A DNA stretch of 64,000 bases, taken from contig NW_024704742.1 of assembly GCF_018977255.1 (NCBI RefSeq), positions 35,218,001 through 35,282,000 of the forward strand, given 5' to 3'. Source of the stretch: Callorhinchus milii. Its lineage: Eukaryota. Positions within the stretch are counted from its first letter, which is position 1. Each line of letters opens with the position of its first letter. A model generated the notes under the pieces. The model was not told the origin of the DNA and did not search any database. It saw nothing but the letters and a program-made list of their open reading frames with translations. A program made the translations under genes and the position numbers. Shown one piece after another: positions 48,277 to 61,983 of this stretch.

Positions 48277-50990
48277 AACAAGAACAACAAATTAGACTTC
48301 TATAGTGTCCTTCATCTCAGAAGATGTCCCAGGGTGCTGGACGGTCAAGGGATTTTGGACCCGAGCTGCGGTCAGGAGGGGTGAAGAGCAGTGGGTGGTG
48401 GAGGGGTGGGTGGTTGGGGTGGTCGGGGTGTGAGGATGGCCGAAGGCACGTTTGAAGAGAAAGGTCTTTGGACAGGGCTTGAAGGAGCCAAGAGAGGGAG
48501 TGAGGCAGAGGGATTGCAGGATAGAGTTCCAGAGTATGGGGGCAGAGATGCTGAATGCCAGACTGACATTGGGTGGGAAGTATGGGGGACCTGAACCAGG
48601 CCAGTGTCCACTGAGTGGAGGGAGTGGATAGGCTGATATGGGGTAAGGAGGTCACAGAGGTAGGAGTGAGCAAGGCTATGGAGGGATGTGAAGGTGAGAA
48701 TGAGGGTTTTGAACTCGATTCTCTGAGGGATGGGGAGCCAGTGAAGCTGGGCAAGGAGGTAGGTAATAGGATTGTGGAGCCTGGTGTAGGAGAGGACATG
48801 AGCTGCAGAGTTCTGAATAATCTGCAGTTTGCGGAGGTTAGTGTTGGGAAGTCCAGTGAGCAGGCAGTTGGCGTAGTCAAGCCGGGATGTGGATCAGGGT
48901 CTTGGTGGCCTGTGGTGGGAGGCAGTGGTGGAGGTGAGCAATGTTGCGGAGATGGGGATAGGTGAAACAGGTCATGGCACAAATGTGGGGTTTGAAGGAT
49001 AGCTCAAGTCGAAAAGGACACCGAGGTTTCATATTGGCTCGGTGAGGTGAAGAGTGCAGCCATGAATGGGTGATGGTGAAGAGTGCAGCCATGAATAGTA
49101 ATATCATCAGTGCCTAAGGTGAGGAGGTACAGACAGGAGTCAAGCAGAAGGGCCTTTGTCTTGCCAGCATTGAGCTGGAGGAAATTGGCTTTTGCCCAGC
49201 ACTTGATGTCGGACAGACAATCAGCCAGAACATCAATGGTCCTGAAGTTGAGGGTGGAGGTGATGAAATAGAGTTGGGTGTCAACTGTATACATGTGAAA
49301 ATTGACCCAATGGCTGCGGATGACTGCACCAAGCAGGAGCATGTGTAGATTGAAGAGGAGGAGACCGAGGACAGAGCCGTGAGGGATGCCACATTTGGCA
49401 GTGCGGGGGCTAGAGGAGAAGATGTTAGTGGCACGAATGGCAGAGGGTGGGAAAGGTAGGATTGGAACCAGGCAAGAACAGAGCAGTTGAGGTGGAGGTG
49501 AGAGGAGAGACGGTGGAGAAGAATAGAATCGTGGATGTTATCGAAAGTGGCCAAGAGGTTGAGAAGGATGAGAAGACAGAGGGAGCCCTGAGCGCAGGTG
49601 GACAGAACGTCATTTGTCACTTTGACCAGGGTTGTCTCTGTGCTGTGAGGAGCATGAAACCCAAGTTGGATGGGTTTATGGGGGGAATGCTGGGAGAGGA
49701 AAGAGCGAAGCTAGAAAATGCTGACTTGTTCCATGACCTTGGAAAGAAAAGGAGGGTTTGAAATGGGATGTAGCTGAAGAGCAGAGATGGGTCAAGGGAA
49801 GGTTTTTTGAGGGTAAGGGTGCCTTTAGGGGGAAGGGTAAGGTGCCAGTGTACAGGGAGAGTTAACAATGTCTGTTAGTAGGAGGGCAAGGAGGTTGAGT
49901 TGGGAGGTGAGGAGAGGGGTAGGGATGGGGTCAAGGGAGCAGATGGTGGGTTTCATATGGGAAATGATGGAGGTGATTGAAAAGGGGAGACAAGGTCAAA
50001 AGCATGGAGGGAGGGATGGGGAGTCTGGGAGGAGAGCAAGAGATGAGGGATTTTTCTCCAGGGACGATAGGAAATGTATGTGGGATGGGTGGCAGGCAGG
50101 GGGATGGAGGAGATAAAGGAGATGGAATAGTGATCTGAAATGTCTTTGTCAATGATGGTGACATCAGAGACACTAAGGCCCCAGGTGATCACCAGGTCTA
50201 CCAGGTGACCATGGATGTGGGTGGTAGAGTGGTAGAGTTGATAACATAAGAACATAAGAAATGCTAGACGAATCATCCTAGCTTGGCATTGTGCTCTGCC
50301 ACTATCAAGCGCTCTGGGACATTATCCTGCGTGAGAGACGCTATATAAGAACATAAGAAATGCTGGACGAAAAATAAAACAAGGTCCATCTAGTTCACCT
50401 TCCACCTTCCTGGCGGTCGCATGTCCATATGTCCCAAACTACCTATGTACTATATCCCATAATGTTATTTCCTAAAAGAAAATCTAATTTGTGTTTGGAA
50501 GAATCAACGCTTACTGCTTCAATCATCTCCCTAGGGAGCCTGTTCCACAGGTTCACTATTCACTCACTGAAATAGTGTTTCCGTAGATTTGTTCTGAATT
50601 TTCCCCCCTTCGATCGCAGGCCGTGTCCTCTGGTTTTACTATTGATGTGGCGGGAGAGGTTGTGGGAGGAAAGAGGGAGGAGAAGTTAGCAGATATGGAG
50701 CAAGAAGGGGTGAAGTGGAGGTTAAAGTACCCAAAAGGATGAGGTGTTCAGAACAGACGCAGAGGGAAGACAGGAGCGTGGAGCTGTCAAAGAGGAAAGT
50801 GGAACAGAGCTTGGGCAGACAATACATGAGGATTTTTAAGGAGAGATTGTAAAGATGGTAGAGAGTGAGTTGCTCGAATGAGGAGAAGGATCAGGGGAGT
50901 AAGGGAATATACCCAGTGAGTATCTGGGGATGAGGACCACACCATCACCACGATGGTTGGGTCATGGGGCATGATGGAAGGTGGTGTTGC
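48277..50990 (-). mobile_element. Older L2 LINE relic spanning the APE endonuclease to the 3' end, interrupted by a CR1 insertion
   Basis: Minus-strand fragments FHHAP*PNHRGDGVVLI, YCLPK..LILLG, HINSTT..HIHGHLVDLVIT (APE); [48 protein letters not shown] (RT); tail near 48277-48340. Confidence 0.9.
50243..50641 (-). mobile_element. CR1 3' fragment nested in L2, TSD ttgat, itself carrying a short L2-type tail insertion
   Basis: Minus strand encodes TRGHGLRSKGGKFRTNLRKHYFSE*IVNLWNRLP; (ttcttatg)n CR1-type tail; ttgat at 50238-50242 and 50642-50646. Confidence 0.85.
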
Positions 50991-51444
50991 CTCAGCGCTT
51001 ATACCAATCCCAAATACATAGTCATGAGACTTGACAACAATTATCACATTGTTGGTCATCCAAGAGACGCTGGGGGACATTCAAAGTTGTGCCACAGCAC
51101 ACCATATGGCAGGGTCACAATCACAGGGATTACAGTGTAGCCATTAGTGTCCAAGTATTGACAAATATTTTAAAGGCAAACACAATACAAATTTATATTT
51201 ATGTCACGACATCCATAAATAAAATGTCATTGTTTTCATTGTTTCATTCTCTGTTCAGGCATTTTGATCAAATGCTTTGTGTTGAATGAAAGTATTCACT
51301 CTGACTCTAATCTATTCTGAATAGAGTCAGATGCTTTCTTATAGCTGTAGCTGATCTTCAAAAGGACTACTTTCAGATGTTAGTTGTTTGAACACAGACT
51401 CAGTATATTTATTTCACCCTCCTAGAATGTCTAGCAAATTGTGA

Positions 51445-51793
51445 ACTTTCAAGTGAGAGGTCCTGGGTTTAATTCCTGGGCAAGGGCGAAGCGTTGGGCA
51501 AGCTTATTCCACACACCTCTGTTCACCTAGTAGTAAGTAGGAACACAGTTATTAGTCGATTGGCGAATTGCTTTACCTGGGATAATAATCCCTTCAAAAA
51601 ATAAAGGAGAAGAATTTTGTCACTCCATCCATGATTGTTTATAGCACACTGCTGTGCATAATTGGCTGCCACATTTCACCCACAAAATATACAATGTGTC
51701 AATTCACATTACAATATATTCCGTGAAGCTCCTTGAGACCTCTCGAAGACGTGATAAGGCGCTAAATCAAATGCAAGGATTATTATTATTATT
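51445..51793 (+). mobile_element. tRNA-headed SINE, long variant with the full CORE-like segment
   Basis: ttgggcaagcttattccacacacctctgttcacctagtagtaagtaggaac; (ATT)n tail. Confidence 0.87.
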
Positions 51794-51829
51794 AATTGCA
51801 CGGAAATTAAACACTTATGAGTCTCAAGT

Positions 51830-52190
51830 TTGTCTCAGAAGGCTTTGTATTTTGTGGGTAAACATGGTAGTCTATTCGCACACACAATGTCCCACAAACA
51901 GCCATGGAGATAATAATCAGTTTTGTATGGGAGATTATTGGCTAAAATACTAGAATAAATTCCCTTTTTGAATAACAAAATTGGATCTCTAACATCCACC
52001 TGAGCAGGCAGGTGGAACTCGGTTTAATATCTCATCCAAAGGACGCCACCTCCGCCAGTGCTGCACACTCACAGCACTGCATTGGAATGCCAGCATCGAA
52101 TATGTGAGTTCCTAGTCCTGATGTGGGACTTGAACTCACAATCCTTTTACTCACAGGCAAGAGTGTTACTAACTAAATCAGGCTGACACT
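51830..52190 (-). mobile_element. Deu-domain SINE
   Basis: ggtttaatatctcatccaaaggacgccacctcc; cttgaactcacaatcc; aggctgacac head. Confidence 0.82.
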
Positions 52191-53194
52191 AGCCTTACTA
52201 ACATGACTAACATAACTGAGGGCAATCCCAATAGTGCAGTGGATAGACCGGCAACATTCAAACTAGTAGGTTCCTGGTTCAGATCCAGGTGTGTACTGAT
52301 TTACTGATCTCAAGCGAAGGTACCAGAGATAGACAGGGAAAACCAGGCAGGGTTACAGTTTCTGGTCCATCTTCATCACCCTCTACTGGTAGTATGTGTG
52401 GGTGGGGGAGGGAGGGGGCAAGAAAGTGGGGAGAGGTTAGGCTTGGCTCTTTCACCCTCTGCAGTCGAATGGCCTGATGACAAACATTGCCAAGATTCAT
52501 ACATGAATAATAACCACTTGGATGGGGTACATGAGGATGACCAGCAATTGTGGAGCTGCACCTCAGCAAGAGGAGACTAGACCAGAAGCAGAGAGACGTA
52601 TAACAAATAAGAAAAACATTTAAAAAATATATTGAATACAGTAAATTTAGAAAAGAATAAAGAAGAGTACTGAAGGAATCAAGGATTATTATTATTATAA
52701 GGGTAAGTACAGGTAATAGATGATCAAAAACATTATGGATCACTACTGTGATTTCTGTAGACCATGAAGATGTTCTAATAATATTAATCCTTGCATTTGA
52801 TACAGCACCTAATCATGTCATCAAGGCATCTTAAAGCGCTTCACAGGATATACTATAAAGTGGATTGACTGCGTATTTTATAGGCAAAACACAGTTGGTA
52901 GAAAAAGATGTTGTCAATAATCTTTTGCCTGAGATATGTTCAATTCTGATTTGAATGTAACCATCTAATTTTCAACAGTTAGATAGAATCATACAATTAT
53001 ATAACCTGCCTCTTTAAGATCTACCACTTTGACCACACCTATAGTCACCTCTCCCTTCTCCCTTGCTTGGTATCCAATCCTACCAGTTGGAGTGCTCTGA
53101 GACATTATCCTGCATGAAGGGCACTATATAAATGCAAGTTCTTATTTTTGTTGCCTCATCTTCAGGGACAAAGATAGATGAGGAATTTATGTTT

Positions 53195-53410
53195 TTGCTT
53201 AAGCTTAATAGTAATACCTCCAAAACAAAATAATAATAAATTGGTCATTTTCAATCCACGACTGTTTGTGGGACACCCCACAATTGGCTGCCGGGTTTCA
53301 CACACAAATATACGGTCAATTCACTTTACAGTATATTCTGTGAAACGCTTTGAGACGTCGAGAAGACGTGAAAAGCGCAATACCAAATGCAAGGATTATT
53401 ATTATTATTA
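53195..53410 (+). mobile_element. Young SINE, 5'-truncated
   Basis: ttggtcattttcaatccacgactgtttgtggg..aaatgcaaggattattatt. Confidence 0.85.
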
Positions 53411-54052
53411 ATATTATTAGTGAGTTGTTGTCCCTCCCTCCACACACACACACATGCACTTTGCTGTCAGCTTGGCTCAGTTGGTCGCACTGTTGCCTTT
53501 GAGACAGACCTTGAAAGAAGTGAGGGAGAGAACGAGTCAGTGGAAATCTAGGACAGTTCTAGAGAATCATGGCAGAGAGACTGAAAGCCCGACTGCCAAT
53601 AGTGCAGTAGGTACAGTGAGGGACATGAAGCAGTGCCTGCTGAGCGAAGGAAATGACTAGGTCAGTATGGTTTGAGGATGTCACAGAAATAAGGTGGGGA
53701 AAGGCCAAAGAGAGATTTAAAGATGAAGATAGTACTCGTGAACTTTCAGGCCTATTAAGAGAATGAGGAAGGAATGATCCTGTGAAAGGATCTTGGAGAC
53801 ATGGAGTCGGCAGATATTATCTTAACAAGTGCATATCACTTTAAACATTGTAGCTGGTGTTGCTTCGCACCTCTAGTGAATAATATAATATCTCGATAAA
53901 GGTATGATCCCAAGACAAAGATTGCTTGGCATGTCAAAGACCTTACTTAAGTACTCTGATCAATATTGTAATATGCTTGTGTGTACGAAAGAGAGGAGAT
54001 AGATACCAATTTGATTTGAATAACCTGGCTTTTATTTGAGTTCATGAATAAT

Positions 54053-54113
54053 AAGCGCCTTGGGATGTCCTCCTGACGTGAAAGGCGCTATACAAATGTA
54101 ATCTTGTTGTTGT
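54053..54113 (+). mobile_element. Minimal L2 3'-terminal insertion (hairpin plus tail), TSD aataa
   Basis: agcgccttgggatgtcctcctgacgtgaaaggcgctatacaaatgtaatcttgttgttgt is identical by eye to the L2 end at ~43025-43085. Confidence 0.85.
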
Positions 54114-55034
54114 AATAAACCAGTAGCATAATTTGGAAAAGGCAAAGGGTTTATTGAGTTGCAGAAATGTTGCATGCTTGATTAATGCATGATAATTTCC
54201 ATGTTTACGTGTGTTTCAGAAAGAGACATTGAAATACTAAGTCAGTGGTCCTTGTTAAACCACACTAATCACTGGAGTCTGCACCTTATGTCTTTATAAT
54301 GGAAAGCCATATCACCTCCATGATCAGTTTATTAGACATCATCATTTCTTTACCAAACATCAATGACACTTGTGAAAAACTTTTCACAAACAAAACTCTT
54401 TAGTATTATGGATATCATGGAACTCAGATGAATAGGCTTTGCACAGCCAGTGTTTTCAAAGACAGACCTGTCTTTGATATTAATTGTGTCCGTAAAATTC
54501 AGGTGAAATGACAGCAGTTTGAAAGGTAATTCAGTGTTCTGTAACTGCAGCTGGTGGCTAATTTAATGATGTAATTGATAGATTCTGCCAGTCACCAGTG
54601 TGCTGTAAATTAATATCTAGATTATCATCATTAGGGGTCGTAAGCACGTCATCTGATTTTTATGTGGACCAAAGTTTGCACTGACGTTGTATAGGACAGT
54701 ACCAACAAATGTCCCTCTGTGGCCTGTGCAACCCATTGTAATAAATACATCTTCATATTCAGAGAACCTTACTCCTGAAAATAGTTATCAAAATATGAAC
54801 TTGTGGTTTTAATATTTTGTACAGGTTTGTAATATTGGTCAATTTTCAGAACGGGATGGATTGTCAATCATTCAATGCATCTGTGTAACCCTTTGCAATG
54901 GGAGATCACAGGACTGAAATCTGTAGCATTGTTATGAGCACAGTCACTTACCCAATGGCTTTCCCCTCCACTTTCACCATTATATTATGTTAAAGAACAT
55001 TATTATTTATAATAATAATCCTTGATTTGATAGA

Positions 55035-55165
55035 TATTTGTTAGTTCAGGGTATTAAGAGATACGGGGCAAGGGCGGGTAATTGGATTTGATGTACAGAT
55101 CAGCCATGATATTATAGAATGGTTAAATAGGCTCGAGGGGCTGAATGGCCCACTCCTGTTTCTAT
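55035..55165 (+). mobile_element. CR1 3' UTR fragment
   Basis: gatcagccatgat..gaatgg..aggctcgaggggctgaatggcccactcctgttt, a typical CR1-type terminus. Confidence 0.7.
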
Positions 55166-58100
55166 GATATAGGACCTTATAACGTTGTCAAAATCTCAAA
55201 GTGCTTCACCTGATCAATTGTAACATTTAGTGACTGTGCATTTTGTAGACAAATGTAGCAGGCAATGTGCACAAAGCAGTGTCGCACAAACAGCCATGAA
55301 GTGAATGACCAATTTTATCTTTCTCACTACTGTCACTGGCTTTGCATACAAATAGATTTATGTGCTTAAATATCTATTCTTGAGTAAAGCGACAATTCTA
55401 TATTTCATAAACACAACTGCTGATACTATTATTAATAATAATGAAATCTCACATGAGGTAAGCCCCTTTTAAATATATTTTTTAAAAACCTTTGCTAAAA
55501 ATTCGCGCATTATATCTTTCAATGTTTATGTTGATCTATTCAAGGTCACCTTTTAATCTGAATTCCTTTACACTGAAAAACCTGCAAAATGGATTCAAAT
55601 TGTCTTTAACCCACTCAGTCACATATACATAACTTGAGATGTGCTTTAGTACAAATCAAACCTAATTAGTGAATATTAATGACAGAAAGCCTTGCATATG
55701 CTGGAGCTGGGAAGCAGAAGGTTAATAGATGGACAGTGTCGTGAGATACCATTTATCAGTTTCTATTTATCTCTCCTTGGGAGGTGGCAGGTTTACAGTA
55801 AATACCTTCTGTCCTCCTAATTTCCTAATGATGGGGATAATGATGGGGAATGGTGAAGTCATTAACTGGGACAGGCTCTCTGCATCACTCTGTCATCCTT
55901 GTCTCTCCCAAGCCTGCAATGAAAAGTGATGGAGCCCAGCTGTTCAAGACATTAAGATGAGGGTTTAAGAAAGGAAAGCTTGTGTGCACGCAAGGAGCGA
56001 GAACTTTGTAATTTTGGTCAGGGGTGGAGAGGTCTTTTCAAATGTCTTTATTGACATCAAGCACTAGTTTGAGAAAACAATTTTCACCCTTAAGTGTAGC
56101 TGAAGTATCTGAAACGTGAGTCAATCGCCCGAGAAAGGACTGATACAATCTGAATTCTGAGCCACAGCTGCTTCTGCATTGCATTCGCAGCACTGATGCC
56201 TCTAGTAGGGCACAAATCAGGCTAAATAGAGGATATGATTTGAAACATCTGTCCTGCTATAAATAAGGAGAAGTGTATTAGGCAAAATGGAAATGAATCT
56301 GGAGGTGATAAATTCATGTTAATACATGGGGTCCCAAGGCTGGTAAAAAATCTGCATTATAGTCTTAAAAACAATAAGTATAACAACAAAGCTTTTGATG
56401 CAAAGCAATGTCCTTCAAACTGGAGTTTTGAAGTGTCATGAAAAATGTTTGATTTGTTATTTTAAAGTACAGTGACACAGCTGTGCCATTGTTGGGCCGG
56501 TTAGTTAAGAACTTAACGTGCAGACAAAACATGAACACGCTGAAAATGAAAAGTCTAACCTGCAATGGAAGCTGAGCTCGAATCTATCCTGAAACATAAA
56601 TTAATTGATTTGAATATTTGTTCACGAGTTGTTGCAATGATTGTCACTAATTTTAACTGAATCACCTGTGACACGAGTATGGGAGTGTTTTACTCTCCAA
56701 TTGTTGTACACATAGAGTTACATAGTGTGATATGGCTTGGAAATGGGCCATTCGGCTCAACTAGTCTGTATCACTTTTTATACTTCACAGCAGCCTCCAC
56801 CCATACTACCACCCTTACCTCTCCTATACCTCCTTATTCCCTTCTCCTTTATGTTTGCATCAAGTTTGCCTGAAATACATCAAACTATTTGCTTCATCCA
56901 GAGCTTCTGACACTGAGTTCTTTCTTCTCACTCCTCACTTACAGTCTTAGTCTGTAAGATCATTTTACCCTAAACATAAAAACTGTGAAGAATTGGAGAA
57001 AATTCTTCAATTCAGTGTTAGTTTGGAAAGTCTTTTTTAAAATGGGACGGGCTTTAGAATGAAGACTGGATTTAGTTTTGAACACAATTCTGTGGGTGTT
57101 CAATTTTTAGACAAAATTGTTTCACGGGCTAGGACCAGGTGGAATTTCACTCATTGTATTTGAAGTCATGGTAACTACAGCTGTCTTTTTGATTGCAAGA
57201 GAGATCACAAGAGAGGTTTGGATGAAGAAGGTTCTTCAGCCCATTTGATTTCATTGTTTCATATGTTTATGTGCTTATTTTCATAAGATTTGAAAGGATA
57301 AAACTTTTCATTTCATGAACTACTTCATATGGACTTCATGCTCAGAATACTAATTATTTCCAAATGGAAAATATGCACTTTGGATAGAAAAGTATTCTTC
57401 TTAGCGGTTTGAATCCAAGTTTGTACATGTTAATTGCGGTTTAAACACAGTGGTTAACAATGATCACTGGTGGGCTGGATTACTATAGGTTGGGTCCAAT
57501 TAACTGAAAATCAGACAGATTCTGATATGTTTTCACTTCTTCCAAACCATTATTGGAAGGAGGTCAAACCTCCAGCCACTGCACCCTGGCTTCATCTCTC
57601 TCTGCCTTCAAAAAATGCTTACAAATGTATATTTTCAAGCATTCATTTGTTCAATATCCTGAATCCTCCCTTCTTCTTCCTTGTTCTCTATCGTATTTAC
57701 AAAATGCTTTGAGATGTTAATTCTGTGTGAAGGACATCATATCACAACAGAGGTGTGGGTGAAGAAGACCCTTTGGGTCATCTGCTCTCTTCCTTCCAGA
57801 ATTGTGATAAGGCACTATATCGAATGTAAGGATTATTATTATTATGAGTTCCCACCCTATCGTCTTCCCATTATAAGTGCCAGATGTTGTTTAACCTCCC
57901 TATGCTACCAGTACTACAGTTGCACTGAATCAGGTTTGAGTACTGCTGACTTATCTAGTTTGATATATTTATTTTAATATGTAATATAAATATATAATTT
58001 GCAATATAAAATGAGTGTTTTAACTGTACATTTCAGTGTTGCTTAGTCCAAGTTACGGACCAGGTAAATTAGCATCGATGTGCATTATTGCAGTGTTCTC

Positions 58101-58227
58101 AATGGACACTTAACAACAAATGACCTTATTTGCAGTTGAGTTTTGGACAGACGATATATTGGAAGGTTTATCATTTGTTACATTGAATTAATGCTGTATC
58201 CATAAAGTCTATGCAGGTTATTGCAAT

Positions 58228-58520
58228 GCAGCAACAACCTGCACCTATATGGTGCCTTTCATGTAGTTAAACATCTCAAAGTGTATTACTGAGATGAAGT
58301 GAGAGACCGAGCAAGATGAGAGATTGAAAGGAGAGGAGAAAGATGGTCAAAGTTGCAGTCAACGAGAAAGGGTTTTATAAGAGTTTTCAAAGTGTAAAGG
58401 GAAGGTGAAATATGGAGGTAATTAAGGGCAAGAATTCCAGAGAGAGGAGCAAGGTGGCTGATGGTGGGGCGGAGAGACGGGGCAACATGGAGCAGGTCAG
58501 GTGTGTAGTGGAGAGTGAGC
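58228..58520 (-). mobile_element. Old L2 3' fragment
   Basis: Tail caacaacctgcacctatatggtgcctttcatgt; the minus strand reads LRPTISHLAPLSGILAL.. resembling AFSxxAPxLWNSLP. Confidence 0.6.
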
Positions 58521-60496
58521 ATAACAATATAACTTTTTACTCAATGGGTACACAATGGAATTTATGCAACTTTCTGAGGATAAATGTGTTAAAAAGGAAG
58601 TGAGAACAATTGCTAGATTTTAATTTCTTTCTCTCCAGTTTCCATGGTATTTCTATACTTTTCAGTCCTTTAGTATGTGACCAGTAATACATTAGATTTA
58701 CTAGTGTGAAGCTGAACTCCGCAGCTTCTGATACGGGAAACTTTACTTTGTATATTTGCATAGCACCTAGAGATGTCCTCCTGACATGAAAGGCGCAATA
58801 CAAATGTGATTTTGTTGTTGTTGTTTACTTAGAAAGAGGAAAAGCAAGGCATTCTCCAAAGTATCCCACTTTGATTATGTTTTCTGGACTGCAGAATTAT
58901 GGAATGGGTTTGTTTGTTCAGTTGGGTGTCTAAGACATGCAATAATCCACCACCATGTTCAAGAATATCCTAACTAGGCAGAGAGTTCCAAATGTAGTGC
59001 TGTATATAACAATTTTAGACAATCCTGGAACACAACTTACCTGGCCTCACAGTTTGAAGAGAATGAAGCAAGTAACTTCCAGGATATGAAAAATAGAGTA
59101 GGATGGGGAGAAAAATAGCAATCAGAATAACAACAAAAACGAGACAGAATTCTGATGACTTATTCCTCCTCGGTATTTGCTTGAAATGTCCTCTGCTAAA
59201 AGCAGAAGCTCAGTTTGAAACTGACATGACAATTAACAAAAAAGAGACTGCCAGTGACAGATGGAAGACTGTTACATTATTTGATACCTTGGTTTTAGAA
59301 CCATAATTCTCACTGTTTAGGTTTAGTCCATCATTAGGTGTGGATCTTAACATACTGCGCTTTGTTGCACTCATGTGGTTTGGTCCATCTTATCCACATA
59401 ATTATTTATAATTTTAGTTTATCCTTGAATGTTGGATTATTTGTTGAATTTGACTATTAAATAGCGATTAGTTAAACCTGAAATATCAAATATTCCTTAC
59501 TGGAGAATGAATAATCATGGTCTAATAGTCAACTAGCATTACCCTTCTAAGTGGGCTTTTTTGACCCCTGAGTAGTTTGTAGAGTACATATAATTCAGAA
59601 AGGGTATTCTATCAGAGCATGGATGAATCATAACTAAACTGGTTTACCTATTAATTTGAGATTGTGGTAACCCCAAGTGGTACAATCTATAAGTGATCCG
59701 TTTTATGATACATTTTTGTCAACCTTTAAATATTTTATCAGATATACATTCGCAGTTTTCCTAAGTAACAATGTCAGTCTGTGGAGTGTTATGTGTTTCA
59801 ATCAGTGTGTTCCTCTGGCTTCTCCAACACAGTTTTGTAGCTCCTCATACACACATGAACAGAACAGATCTAAGGAAGATTCTGACAAAATCAATTTTCA
59901 TCAGATAAGCAAACTGTGACAGGAATATCTTGGAAATGGAGCTCTTGCAGTGGTCAATAGACTGTGTATAAATCTGTTTAGAACTAACAGCTGTAAAGGA
60001 ATGAACATAAGGGAAATGCTATCTGTTGTAGAAGTTTCTTTTGCAAAGGTATCAGTCATACTAAAATTAGCTTTTCAAATTTTAATGACTCCCGTTCTTC
60101 AAATGGCTACATTTATCCTTGTGGTTTTCTTTATTAAGATAATCAGTCTCCATCTGATGACTTGATGTCACCCAGAATGCTTGTGTTATTGTATTGCCTC
60201 AAATTCAATGTTCAAAATTAGGTAAATCAAATGATCAAGTATAGCAGGATGTAAAAATGGGCAGCTGTCACAAATATGGATATGGGTACAATATCTATTT
60301 ACGTATATATATATATCTACAGTATTTTAAAAGTCAAAACCATAGTTGACCGAGCGTTTGATGAGAGTTGATTTAGTGGCCACGAGGATTTTAGACAATC
60401 CTTCTAATCCTCTGTAAGAATATCTATATAAGTAGTTCAAAATGTTTTCTTTCTGCACCACGAGTGAGGTGAGTCATTTGAAATCCAGTACTCTGA

Positions 60497-60780
60497 GTAA
60501 TAATATAAACAATCCTTGCATTTGATATAGCGCCTTATTGCATCATTGGCATGTCTCAAACCGCTTAACAGAATATACTGTGAAGGGAACTTTTTTTTTG
60601 GAAGGATTATTGGGCCCGGAAAGTATCAATCGACTAACAACTGTTTTCCTATTTACTGCTAGGTAAAGAGAGACGAGTGGATTAAGGAAACTTGTCTAAG
60701 GTTTTGCCCCGCCCAGGAATCGAACCCGGGTCCTCTCGTTTGCGAGGCAAGTGTGCCAACCACTACGCAATAGTGGGCTC
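60497..60780 (-). mobile_element. tRNA-headed SINE, long variant with an internal deletion
   Basis: Tail, ttcctatttactgctaggt, ccaggaatcgaacccggg B box. Confidence 0.82.
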
Positions 60781-61668
60781 TGTAATATAATATATATAAT
60801 TACTAATATTTAATAATATAAAATCAATTGAAATTTAGGCTCAAAGTATGATAATAAATGTTTTGCACTAATATGAAAACAACGTTTCTTGGGGCAATAT
60901 TTATTTTTTTCTTATTCAAAGCTCAAATGTGACCCGAGACCTTATAACAAATAGAGAAGGAAACTCAAACTGGGCCTAGATTTACTCTGTTTTCTTAGCA
61001 TTTTGGAGGGTCTGGAATTTGGTAAAGTCTTAAATACATCCTTAATATTGAAGCTCATTTTCAGTAGGTCTTAAATTGGGTTTTGAAGGCAGGAAGTAGC
61101 GGGCAAGTGGGAAGGATTCCAGTGGGGAGTTCCAGAGAGGGAAGCAGAATGGCTGAAGGATTGTCCTCTGATGATAAGTCTGGATCAGGTTGGAACCTGA
61201 AGTAGGTTGGTGTTTGCTGAAACCCAAGAGGCAGTGCTAAGGAGAGCAACGAGGAGAATCCCAAGTGTTAGAAAAATGAGTATTAAGCCGTATTGGAGCT
61301 CTTCAGTCTTGAAAAGAGACACCTCAGACGGGATCTCATAGTGATATACAGGATTTTAAATGGGTTTGTGAAAGTAGAACAATACTTTTAGATGCACTGA
61401 AACAGCAAAACAAAAGAATACAGGTTTGGCTGTAAAGGATTGGTATTTAGGAAGGATAAGATCAACTAGGCCAAAGGGCCTTCTTCATTCAAACCTCCAT
61501 TGTGATCTTGTGAATTCCTAAAAATAAACGTTTTTCTAATTAATAAATGATAGGCTAAAATGCTCCCTTATGTGCTGAAACTGTCTTATGTGTTTATGAT
61601 TCTATTCCTAGCATAGCATGCCCTCAGCTTCCTAAAAGCAGACTTTAAAGATAGTGAAAAACATTGTA

Positions 61669-61983
61669 GGACTATTTGTAGCTCAGTGGTTAGAGCACTC
61701 GCTTTGCTAGCGAGAGAGCTGGGTTTGATTCCTGACAGGACGATACCTTGGGCAAGTTTCCTTACTCCATACGCCTAATAATAATCCCTCCAAAACAAAA
61801 CAATAATAAATTGGTCATTTCAATCCACGATTGTTTGTGGGACACTGCTGTGTGCAATTGGCTGTTGAGTTTCCCCCACATAATATGCAGTCAATTCACT
61901 TTACAGTATATTCTGTGAAGCGCTTTGAGACGTCTAGAAGACATGAAAAGCGCTATATCAAACGCAAGGATTATTTTATTATT
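61669..61983 (+). mobile_element. Young tRNA-headed SINE
   Basis: tgtagctcagtggttagagcactcgctttgc..ccttgggcaagtttccttactcc..aaggattatt. Confidence 0.9.
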
